The notes under the pieces: model-generated
Databases searched by the model: none
Told to the model about the DNA's origin: nothing
The model's input: only the letters and a program-made list of their open reading frames with translations
Translations under genes and position numbers: made by a program
Shown: piece by piece, positions 47,429-55,579 of the stretch
How the letters are laid out: each line of letters opens with the position of its first letter
Position numbering within the stretch: position 1 is the first letter of the stretch
From: an uncultured bacterium
Lineage (GTDB): Bacteria > Krumholzibacteriota > Krumholzibacteriia > Krumholzibacteriales > Krumholzibacteriaceae
DNA: 55,579 bases
Reading direction: 5' to 3'
NCBI GenBank assembly: GCA_965371515.1
Contig: CBDUYR010000015.1
Location: 1-55,579 of the forward strand

Positions 47429-49372
47429 TCAATTACCTATTCCAACCGTGATCGCCATTGACGCGCTCTTCGACCAATCAGTCCCCGAATCCGAGGTGCC
47501 CCATGTAAACGCGTCAAATCCTCCATCCTGATACGGGAAATAGAGCTCTGTCTTGTAGATGGCGTCCGGTACCAGGGCGCAGTACCAGACACTGGAGAGT
47601 GACGAGGTGTGACAGATGCTTGTTTCCATGATATTGCAACCCTCACCAGTCGGACAGTTCTCCACTATGATATTGTCGAAAACTGACTCCGCCCCACAAT
47701 AGTATATTCCCCTCAGCACCATGACAGTCAAGCCTGTCTCATCATGGATGAACAGTTCATAATCGACTCTTCCCCTGCACGCCAGTACGCGAGAAGTATC
47801 CTCAATCGCTACCATGCTCCCACTAGGCTGGACCTGCGAATAGTTTCTCGTCAGCAATCCATTACAATTGTCGCACGGAAAATCGCACCCGCCACCGCCA
47901 CCCGTCCCGTGCCCGATGAAGCTTACGATCATATTATTAATCGAGCTGGTAAAGGCATAGTCGTAGGTCAGGGAAGTGAAGATCGGCAGGTTATTGAACT
48001 GAACAATGACATCCTGACCGTCTTCCCATTCTCCATACCCCAGAGACATCTGTGGATGGAAAGTGTAGCTGAATGAATCGAAACAACCGTTCGGAGTGAA
48101 ACGGGACCCTGAAACGGAAAATGTGTACTCTCCATTCGCATCCGTAGTCCCCGTCCACGTACTCGAATCCCTGTCCCAGCCGACAAAAATTGTGATACCT
48201 TCCTTCGGTGCTCCCGAAAAATCCATCACGGTAGCGACAAAAGTGACGATCGCCGCTTCCAGCGCACCTTCGGACGTTACCAGGTTAACGACACTGTTCG
48301 TGTTGGCGCCGAAATTGAAAACCAGTTCGCCGCAGTCCTCCATCCACTGGACCAGCTGAGGCCTATATATCTCCGGGTTCTTCACCAGACCGGAGTCAGT
48401 CCAGTCCAGCACTGTCCTCAGTATTGCCCGCCCCTCCTCATGCTTCCCTTCGCCGCAGAGGGCCACTCCACGGGCAGCGTAAGCCCTCGCCAGCCTGTCC
48501 ATCGCATCGGTAAGCTGGCTCATTATCTCCTCGATTCCGAATCCGGCGGCCAGGTCGAAATACCTGCCCAGCACTCCCATCATAATCGGTCCGGGGTCTG
48601 CATCGGCATCCTGCACAGCGTCATCGACCAGGATCTGCAGGATCGGCCTAACACCGTTTATTGCCAGCAATACAAGATCGTCCCAGCCCGCAAGAGCCGC
48701 CTGCTGTGAATAGCTGAGAAGCTTCGCGATTTCGTCGATCCCGGGAAATCCTACCGCGTACTTGATCGTATTCGTTATCAGGTATTCGAGGAAATCGTGG
48801 TCATTCATGTCGTCCGTACCGTAACCGCTGAAATGGGTAAGGGTGCATGTCAGCGATGGGACGCCGGCATCGAAGACCGTCGGGATGATCTCGTAGAATA
48901 AAGACGCCGAATCTATCGACACTATGCTGAAGCCGTTATTGAGAACGCAGTCGAGCCCGCTCACGGGATAGGTTATGGTTAAAACTGCCGTCGAATCGAA
49001 CTCCAGCCCCGCCGGCTCAAAGAGCGCCCCCTGGAGACAGTCGGAACTGTCCACAGCCGCCGAGTCTTCTATGCCGATCGTCAGCCGTGAGAGAGGCGTC
49101 ACCGTTATCTCAGTCGTCGTCACCAGCGCGCCGGGATACACTTCCAGACTGTATGAGACTCCGTTGGAGCCGGTAGCCGTTACTGTCCCGCCTTCCTCCG
49201 GAGTAAGTGTCTCCGAGACCGCGTTGGCCGGTTCGGATGTATATGAGATCTCCAACCCCCGGTACTCATCATCCACCAAGTCTCCGACTTCAGGACCGGT
49301 ACCGGAATCCGAGCAGCAGATAAAAGAGACCGCAAGAGTCATGAAAAGTGTGAAGAACAGGAAGATTCGCAT
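47429..49372 (-). CDS. Large lipoprotein with an N-terminal ZU5-like domain
   Basis: Signal ending FIC-C; GGTV..LEVYPGAL..FEPAGLEF..THFSGY; helical middle; Cys-rich beta C-terminus. Confidence 0.72.
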   Translation of the reverse strand: MRIFLFFTLFMTLAVSFICCSDSGTGPEVGDLVDDEYRGLEISYTSEPANAVSETLTPEEGGTVTATGSNGVSYSLEVYPGALVTTTEITVTPLSRLTIGIEDSAAVDSSDCLQGALFEPAGLEFDSTAVLTITYPVSGLDCVLNNGFSIVSIDSASLFYEIIPTVFDAGVPSLTCTLTHFSGYGTDDMNDHDFLEYLITNTIKYAVGFPGIDEIAKLLSYSQQAALAGWDDLVLLAINGVRPILQILVDDAVQDADADPGPIMMGVLGRYFDLAAGFGIEEIMSQLTDAMDRLARAYAARGVALCGEGKHEEGRAILRTVLDWTDSGLVKNPEIYRPQLVQWMEDCGELVFNFGANTNSVVNLVTSEGALEAAIVTFVATVMDFSGAPKEGITIFVGWDRDSSTWTGTTDANGEYTFSVSGSRFTPNGCFDSFSYTFHPQMSLGYGEWEDGQDVIVQFNNLPIFTSLTYDYAFTSSINNMIVSFIGHGTGGGGGCDFPCDNCNGLLTRNYSQVQPSGSMVAIEDTSRVLACRGRVDYELFIHDETGLTVMVLRGIYYCGAESVFDNIIVENCPTGEGCNIMETSICHTSSLSSVWYCALVPDAIYKTELYFPYQDGGFDAFTWGTSDSGTDWSKSASMAITVGIGN

Positions 49373-49520
49373 GAGAAGACCCCCAAAAACTTCTATTGTG
49401 ATATTTACGGAATCGCTGAAATGATTCTACCATACGGCTGATATATATGCAACAGCCTGACCTTCTCACTCTAAACTGGTACAGGGTCAGAGTTATACTC
49501 GAGCCAGGTGTGACGCCCTG

Positions 49521-50939
49521 CTACAATTGCGGTGACACCCATCCTTTTTTCTCGAACTCTCTTCTGGTAAGCCCGAACATTATTTTTGGCAGTTTTGTGA
49601 ATGCGTACATTAAATCGAACGCAGAGAATATCCGCGCAGTGTATGACTTCCTGATAATCTGGCCAAACTGGCCGAAATTATAAAATTTGCTTCGTATCCT
49701 GTTACGTATCCGCCTCAGGTCCTTCAGGCTATACATGTCAGAGTACACCGGCCCCCCAACAGAATCACAGTAGTATCCGGGTGTATTCTCGACCACCTCT
49801 TTCAATGGAGAAAATTTTTCTACCCTCAGCTTCTGGAAACTTATCGAATCCAGCTTCAATTCTTTCGCAAACGGACCGATGTAGACCATCTCTTCTTCCG
49901 TCTCTCCGATATTGCCGTATATGAAATAGCCATGAATATAAAAACTGTGTCTGTTAAATACCTTGAATGCCTCTCTTACCTGCTGCTGTGTAAAACCCTT
50001 ACTGAGTTGCTCTAGAATCTTGTCATGAGGCGATTCTATGCCGACGAGCAATATCTTGAACCCGGCCTTCTCCGCCAGTTCCAGAAGCCTTGGATGACTG
50101 GCGATTTCGATCCGGGTCTGGACAATGTATGTTTTCTTGATTCCGCTTTCTATGATCAACTCGCATAGTTTTTCGCTTCTCTTGGGATTAGTGAAGAAAT
50201 TATCGTCACTGAACAAGACAACATCGGCCGTAATACTCTTTAGCTCTTTGATAACCGATTCAAGTGACCTCTCCGTATATTTTCTTTTCTGCCCGAGGGG
50301 ATTCAAGCTGAATGTACAAAACTTGCAGTTATATGGACACCCTCTGGAAGTGAGTACAGTATCGAAGGTGAATCTGGCTATCTGAGCCCCATTCTGTATC
50401 CAATGGTAATCGTGTCTTCTCAGTGATCTGTCCGGCAAAGCAAAGTCCAGGACTTCCGGAAGTGCTCTGTTCTCGTTGTGTATAAATATTCCGTTCTCAC
50501 GATACGAGATCCCGAGAATATCTTTATAGGAAACACCATTAACGAGTTCCCTGATTGTCTCTTCCCCCTCACCTCTAACGATGCAATCGATATTCGGGCA
50601 TCTCTCGAGCAGAGCTTCAACCTCTTCTGTCGCCTTATGTCCCCCCACCACTGTGATAACTTCATCTGGCAATGCGCTGATAAGATCGCATATCTCGTTA
50701 AACTGTGAATCCCAGGTAATGCTTATGCATAAAATGTCTATCTCATTTTTAATAAAATCGGATAATACCTTGGCATCCTGATATTCCTTTTCGTATCTCA
50801 AATCAAGAAGGGTTACCTTTCCAACGAGGTCTTTCATGTTTGTCGCGATGTATTCCAGCCCCGTGGGAGGAAAGACTCCCATCGTTGCTGTGGAATCCCT
50901 GAAATACGGGTACAGGGCAAGGGCATGTTTATATGTCAC
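49521..50939 (-). CDS. Cobalamin-binding radical SAM protein
   Basis: PPTGLEYI, VVGGH, RGEGE, SRGCPYNCKFC, DDNF, GIES. Confidence 0.9.
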   Translation of the reverse strand: MTYKHALALYPYFRDSTATMGVFPPTGLEYIATNMKDLVGKVTLLDLRYEKEYQDAKVLSDFIKNEIDILCISITWDSQFNEICDLISALPDEVITVVGGHKATEEVEALLERCPNIDCIVRGEGEETIRELVNGVSYKDILGISYRENGIFIHNENRALPEVLDFALPDRSLRRHDYHWIQNGAQIARFTFDTVLTSRGCPYNCKFCTFSLNPLGQKRKYTERSLESVIKELKSITADVVLFSDDNFFTNPKRSEKLCELIIESGIKKTYIVQTRIEIASHPRLLELAEKAGFKILLVGIESPHDKILEQLSKGFTQQQVREAFKVFNRHSFYIHGYFIYGNIGETEEEMVYIGPFAKELKLDSISFQKLRVEKFSPLKEVVENTPGYYCDSVGGPVYSDMYSLKDLRRIRNRIRSKFYNFGQFGQIIRKSYTARIFSAFDLMYAFTKLPKIMFGLTRREFEKKGWVSPQL

Positions 50940-51237
50940 TTTTTCAAATCCTTTATTTTAAGGTGCAGGGTCAGGAGGGCAAGCAGAAATCGCACGGCCG
51001 TACGATTTCCGGTGGTATCCTCCACTGCCCGGATGCTATCAATTGTCGGAGGACCTGTCAAGATTGAGGAATAACCCTTTTATGCCCGTGTATGGCCATA
51101 GGGCTTTTCCCAATCCGGTGCAGATGCACAAATCAGACTATCCAGCGGCGGGCCGGATAGTGTAGTATTCTTATCCAGACATCAAGGCTCATGCTTGCAT
51201 GAATATCATACTGAAAATGATGTGTTAGGCGATAGTT

Positions 51238-53628
51238 ATGATCGGCAAGACCATCTCCCATTATAAAATCCTTGAAGAGCTCGGTCAGGGCGGAATGGGT
51301 GTTGTCTACAAGGTCTATGATACAAAGCTCGCTCGTACTGTGGCGCTGAAATTTCTCTCTCCACAGATACTTGGATCAGAAGAGGAAAAAGCCCGTTTCA
51401 TACACGAAGCCCGTGCAGCGGCCTCATTGAACCATCCGAATATCTGTACGATCCATGAAATCGATGAACATGATGAACATCGATTCATAGCGATGGAGTA
51501 CATCGAGGGGGAAAGCCTCAAGGATCGAATCGAACGAGGGCCTCTCAAGCTGGAAGAGGCCGGGAATATTGCCCTCCAGATTGCGAGCGGCATGAGCGAG
51601 GCTCATAAGAAGGGAATCGTTCACCGTGACATAAAGTCCGCCAACATCATGTTCAACGAGCGTGGAGATGTGAAGATCATGGACTTCGGCCTGGCGTGGT
51701 CGCCCGGCAGGGCACAGCTGACAAGAGCGGGAACCACACTGGGCACTGTTGCCTACATGTCCCCGGAACAGGCTCGAGCCGAGGAGACGGATAAAAGGAC
51801 AGATATATGGTCTCTCGGTGTTGTGCTCTACGAAATGGTAGCCGGCCGACCACCTTTCACGGGCGATTACGAACAATCGATCATCTATTCGATACTGAAC
51901 GATGAACCGGAACCGCTGACGGCAGTGAGAACCGGCGTGCCGCCAGAGCTCGAGCAGATTGTCTCGAAGTGCCTTTCCAGGGATCCCGCTGAAAGGTATC
52001 AAACTGCAGCGGATCTTGCGGCCGACCTCCGGCGAGTTCAAAGGTTAGGATTAACTCAGGGCTGGCAGACACGTGTAGAAGAAGCGAAAAGCCGACGAAT
52101 CAGGTCAAAAAGACAGAAGCCACTTATGAACCGGCGTCTCTGGTTATTTTTATTGATCGTCCCCGTGCTTGCAGCCATCACGGTAACCATCATTGTGCCC
52201 CGCTATTTCCATTCGGCAGAAAAACAAGCCGTTCCAGATAGGATAATGCTTGCCGTTCTTCCATTCGAAAATCTCGGGCCTCCGGAGGAGGAATACTTCG
52301 CCGACGGGATCACGGAAGAATTGACCGCCCGGCTGACGAGGATCGAAGGGCTGGGAGTCATCGCTCGAACGAGTGTGATCCGCTACAAGGAGACCGAAGA
52401 GACGATCGCCGAGATCGGAAAGGAACTCGGGGTCGATTTCATTCTCGAGGGTACGATCCGCTGGCAGCATATCTCAGACTCGCAGAGCCAGGTCCGCATC
52501 ACACCCCAGTTGATAAAGGTCTCCGATGAGACGCACCTGTGGGCCGGGGTATACCAGCGTGATATGACCGATATTTTCAGAGTCCAGTCGGAGATCGCCG
52601 ATGAGGTGGCCGGCGCGCTGGACATCACCCTGCTGGCGCCGGAATCAAAGAAGCATGCCGCCACGCCGACGGACGATCCCGACGCCTACCGTGCCTATCT
52701 CGAGGGCCGCTTCTGGTGGAATAAGCGATCGGCGGAAGGATTCGATCGAGCGATCGGGTTCTTCGATGAGGCGATACGGATCGATCCCGATTATGCCCTT
52801 GCGTACTCCGGTAAAGCGGAATGCTACTGTATGCTGGCGATGCACAGTCCCAGGCCCGAGGGATTGATAATCAAAGCCCGGCAGGCAGCGGAAAAGGCGC
52901 TGAGTCTCGACAAAACACTCCCCGAGGCATACACCTCGCTGGCATGGATAGAGTTTTATTACGAATGGGACTGGCGGGCAGCCGAAGAATATTTCAAGCA
53001 GGCTTTCTCTCTCGATCCCGGTTATGCCACGGCACACAACTGGTATGCAGCTTCTCTCGGTATTCTGGGACGATTTGAGGAAGCAATAGAGCACATGGAG
53101 CATGCACACCGGCTTGATCCGGGGAATCTGATCATAAACCGGGATCTCGGCGTCATCTACTCATGGGCAGGCATGCTTGATGAATCAGCGGAGCAGCTGC
53201 GCAAAACGATAGAAATGGACCCATCATTCGTGCCGGCCTACATGATTCTCGGCCGGGTATATCTGGAGAAGGGGATGTATGACGAGGCGATCGCCGAGTC
53301 GAAAAAAGGAATATCAATGTCGGGAGAGGATCCTTATTTGATCGGTCAACTGGGATTCATATACGCAAAGACCGGCCGCAGGGATGAGGCTCAGCGGGAA
53401 CTCAATAAGCTTATGGAGCTTTCCAGGAGTGAAGTGGTCCCCGCGTTCACATTCGCCATGATCCATGCAGGACTGGGCAACGATGAAGAGGCGCTCGACT
53501 GGCTCGAAAAGTCATGTGACGATCATGAATTTGCGATGGTCCTTCTCCATGTCGAACATTGGATGGACGATCTGCAATCTAACCCGCGATTTACAAATAT
53601 CCTGAACAAAGTCGGCCTGGAACGATGA
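51238..53628 (+). CDS. Hanks-type Ser/Thr protein kinase with a TM helix, TolB-like domain and TPRs
   Basis: GQGGMG, VALK, HRDIKSAN, DFGLA, YMSPEQ; LAVLPFEN..DGITEE; TPRs. Confidence 0.93.
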   Translation: MIGKTISHYKILEELGQGGMGVVYKVYDTKLARTVALKFLSPQILGSEEEKARFIHEARAAASLNHPNICTIHEIDEHDEHRFIAMEYIEGESLKDRIERGPLKLEEAGNIALQIASGMSEAHKKGIVHRDIKSANIMFNERGDVKIMDFGLAWSPGRAQLTRAGTTLGTVAYMSPEQARAEETDKRTDIWSLGVVLYEMVAGRPPFTGDYEQSIIYSILNDEPEPLTAVRTGVPPELEQIVSKCLSRDPAERYQTAADLAADLRRVQRLGLTQGWQTRVEEAKSRRIRSKRQKPLMNRRLWLFLLIVPVLAAITVTIIVPRYFHSAEKQAVPDRIMLAVLPFENLGPPEEEYFADGITEELTARLTRIEGLGVIARTSVIRYKETEETIAEIGKELGVDFILEGTIRWQHISDSQSQVRITPQLIKVSDETHLWAGVYQRDMTDIFRVQSEIADEVAGALDITLLAPESKKHAATPTDDPDAYRAYLEGRFWWNKRSAEGFDRAIGFFDEAIRIDPDYALAYSGKAECYCMLAMHSPRPEGLIIKARQAAEKALSLDKTLPEAYTSLAWIEFYYEWDWRAAEEYFKQAFSLDPGYATAHNWYAASLGILGRFEEAIEHMEHAHRLDPGNLIINRDLGVIYSWAGMLDESAEQLRKTIEMDPSFVPAYMILGRVYLEKGMYDEAIAESKKGISMSGEDPYLIGQLGFIYAKTGRRDEAQRELNKLMELSRSEVVPAFTFAMIHAGLGNDEEALDWLEKSCDDHEFAMVLLHVEHWMDDLQSNPRFTNILNKVGLER

Positions 53629-53730
53629 AGAACGTAACCTGTGACTTCTATTAATTCCATCCGCCTTACAGTACTTTAACTTACCAAAGTCCACGTACTA
53701 TATGACTCGCATACTTTTTTTAATGTTGCG

Positions 53731-54375
53731 CTAGATCGCAATAATCAAACCAGCCACGAGATCCAGCTGCACGATGCCGGTACCGCCGATACTCATGCCG
53801 CCCGTACCGATTCCCAGGAAAGCGTCCGTAAAGGTGAAAGGCATCTGCCCGCCGACCATGAGGCCGATTCTCTCATTCAGGTAGACCTTGGCGCCGAGAC
53901 TGAGGATAATCGAAAACTTCCACTCGTCTCCGTAATCGAGAATGTATCGTGTGGTTCCGAGAGTGAGGCTCGTGTACGGCATTACGTTACCATTCCTCAT
54001 GCCGCCGACGGCGCCGATGTGCCAGTACTCGACGCCTATGTCGCCGAGATCCTCCGTAAGGCCAGCCTGCTTCCAGGTCATCTGTGTATCCTGGCGCCTG
54101 TAGAGAAGACGGGCCTGGACACCCGGCTTCGCGTTGATATCAAGAGCGATGCCCCAGAAATCGCTGTTCTTGAGATCGAAGTCGCCGCCATACCCGGTAT
54201 AGGTTGCGCTCTGGGATACCGTCCAAACGTATCCATACATCGGGATGATCTCGAAGCGATGGGCCGGCTGCTCAAAATGGAATCCACCTGTCCCTGATGA
54301 ACCCCGCTGCGCCCAGGAGGGCGAAGCAAGAAGCAGGAGTCCGACGAAGAGAATGAGCGCGGTCTTGTAATTCAT
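53731..54375 (-). CDS. Outer-membrane beta-barrel protein (OmpA-like TM domain)
   Basis: Signal peptide (SWA-Q), amphipathic strands; GGAGG RBS. Confidence 0.7.
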   Translation of the reverse strand: MNYKTALILFVGLLLLASPSWAQRGSSGTGGFHFEQPAHRFEIIPMYGYVWTVSQSATYTGYGGDFDLKNSDFWGIALDINAKPGVQARLLYRRQDTQMTWKQAGLTEDLGDIGVEYWHIGAVGGMRNGNVMPYTSLTLGTTRYILDYGDEWKFSIILSLGAKVYLNERIGLMVGGQMPFTFTDAFLGIGTGGMSIGGTGIVQLDLVAGLIIAI

Positions 54376-54717
54376 TACAGTACCTCCAATAGTTGAAAGC
54401 GTGCCGTGTTCGGTTGAATATCCCGTGGAAGGCTAAACAAAACCCCCGCCGACGTCAAGTGGAAAGCTGTTTACGGCATCCTGGGATAGAAACGCTGTGT
54501 GTCAGGTGCATCCTGAGATAACTCACTGCAAAAGCGTCTGGATCCGTTTGTCCCAGTCGTTCATGATTTCCTTGAAACGCGGAAGTTCACGGAGGGTATG
54601 TGAATCTCAGAGAGGTATTAAATCATGGGGCAGGTCAGCATCATCGGTATGAATGGAATCAATCGACATTTTGCTTTTGATACTGACGTGCCGTTTTAAT
54701 ATTGGCGAGAGACAGTT

Positions 54718-55371
54718 CTATTTATCCTCTATCTCCCACACAACCTCTACGCTGTCCGACTTCTCGATGTCATCGGGCTCAAAGTCGGGCATAGCCTGGG
54801 GAGCCATCGAGGCGAAACATTCTATATCGTGTAACATCCCACTCCTGAACCGAACCTCGCTCCAGCTGTAGTTGATGCTAAGTATCTTCCCGAGCCCGAC
54901 ATCAGCCGCCTCGGTCATGATATCGGCCTTTCGTCTGGCGTTTTTCACTGCTTCTGCAAGCATCTTCTCCTTGAGCTCTTCGGGGTTAGAAACAGTGAAG
55001 TAGATAGAGAATGTCGCGCTGGATACTTTTTCGACAATGGCGGCGAGAAGCTTGTTCGATTTCTCCTTATCTATCGGGAACTCTACCTTTAGACGGTGCT
55101 CGGCGATATATCCGTTGAACTCGCTTTTCTCTGTCTTCTCGTTATAATAAGTGTCCGTCGAGATGTCGAACGCGATGGTCTTTACCGACTCTCTGTCGAT
55201 GTCTGCCGTCTCGGCGGCCTGCCTCAACTCCTCGACGCGCCTGTTGAGCGTAAGGAGCGAAGCGGCATACTCCATCTCGTGCCCTTTCACCGAAAATGAC
55301 ACTCCAAAGACATCTGGCGCCGCGGTGACGCTGCCTGTACCTTTCACGACTATGGTCCTCTTGCCTGACAT
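54718..55371 (-). CDS. SIMPL/DUF541 (YggE-like) protein
   Basis: RTIVVKGTGSV..PD, AVKNARRKA..A..LGKILSI, V.VVWEI. Confidence 0.88.
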   Translation of the reverse strand: MSGKRTIVVKGTGSVTAAPDVFGVSFSVKGHEMEYAASLLTLNRRVEELRQAAETADIDRESVKTIAFDISTDTYYNEKTEKSEFNGYIAEHRLKVEFPIDKEKSNKLLAAIVEKVSSATFSIYFTVSNPEELKEKMLAEAVKNARRKADIMTEAADVGLGKILSINYSWSEVRFRSGMLHDIECFASMAPQAMPDFEPDDIEKSDSVEVVWEIEDK

Positions 55372-55389
55372 GACGATTTCCTCCCTGTG

Positions 55390-55409
55390 TGTAGTATACA
55401 GATACTACA
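55390..55409. promoter_or_regulatory. Perfect 8-4-8 palindrome upstream of the SIMPL gene
   Basis: TGTAGTAT-ACAG-ATACTACA about 20 bp upstream of the ATG. Confidence 0.45.
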
Positions 55410-55579
55410 GTAGTCTATCCCAGCTATGGGGCTGACAGGTATTTGTCCTGATTATAACACACTTATGGAATATATGGAGGGGACACCGGTTCGTGTTCGA
55501 TCAGGGCAGTGTTAACGCAAGTAAACGATCTTGCGCGACTTCCCGTAGTCGCCCGCGTTCATCCTCATGAAGTATATCC

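Noticed and set aside
54607..54609. Selenocysteine TGA
   Set aside because: No redox motif context and no evident SECIS hairpin.
1..55579. CRISPR arrays, rRNA, IS/transposase, integrase, phage or defence genes
   Set aside because: No regularly spaced repeats or matching protein motifs were recognised.

Overview
A GC-rich, gene-dense segment of a diderm bacterial chromosome (lipid A acyltransferase, outer-membrane barrels, many lipoproteins). It probably comes from an anaerobic sediment-type lineage; an FCB-group organism such as Krumholzibacteriota or Latescibacterota is only a guess. From left to right: (1) an inositol-phosphate cassette (IMPase plus bifunctional IPCT/DIPPS) bracketed by a 21-bp direct repeat and a 14-bp tRNA 3'-end remnant, suggesting an integrated island; (2) a 13-gene Mrp-Mbx/MBS-type (hydrogenase-like, nickel-free) respiratory complex operon with a fused double antiporter subunit, an MbxN-GltD-like NADPH module fusion and a coupled ferritin-like gene; (3) housekeeping and envelope genes (DUF3467, lpxL-like, DUF362, dprA, a BlaI-family repressor with operator boxes and an odd TPR-like tail, a FadL/PorV-like barrel, mnmA, fused spermidine synthase); (4) secreted and lipoprotein genes (NAL1-like protease, TPR-DUF2271, DUF5916, Tat aldo-keto reductase); (5) an operon of two thiolase-fold proteins lacking the catalytic Cys plus two DUF35 proteins; (6) two GT4 enzymes, an arylsulfatase, ada, OsmC, an alternative-oxidase-like di-iron protein, a pseudogene, a C45 peptidase, a ZU5-like lipoprotein with an HFS motif, a B12 radical SAM, a Ser/Thr kinase-TPR, an OM barrel and SIMPL. 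No intact rRNA, tRNA, CRISPR array, transposase or integrase was seen. All family calls are from motif recognition, not database searches.
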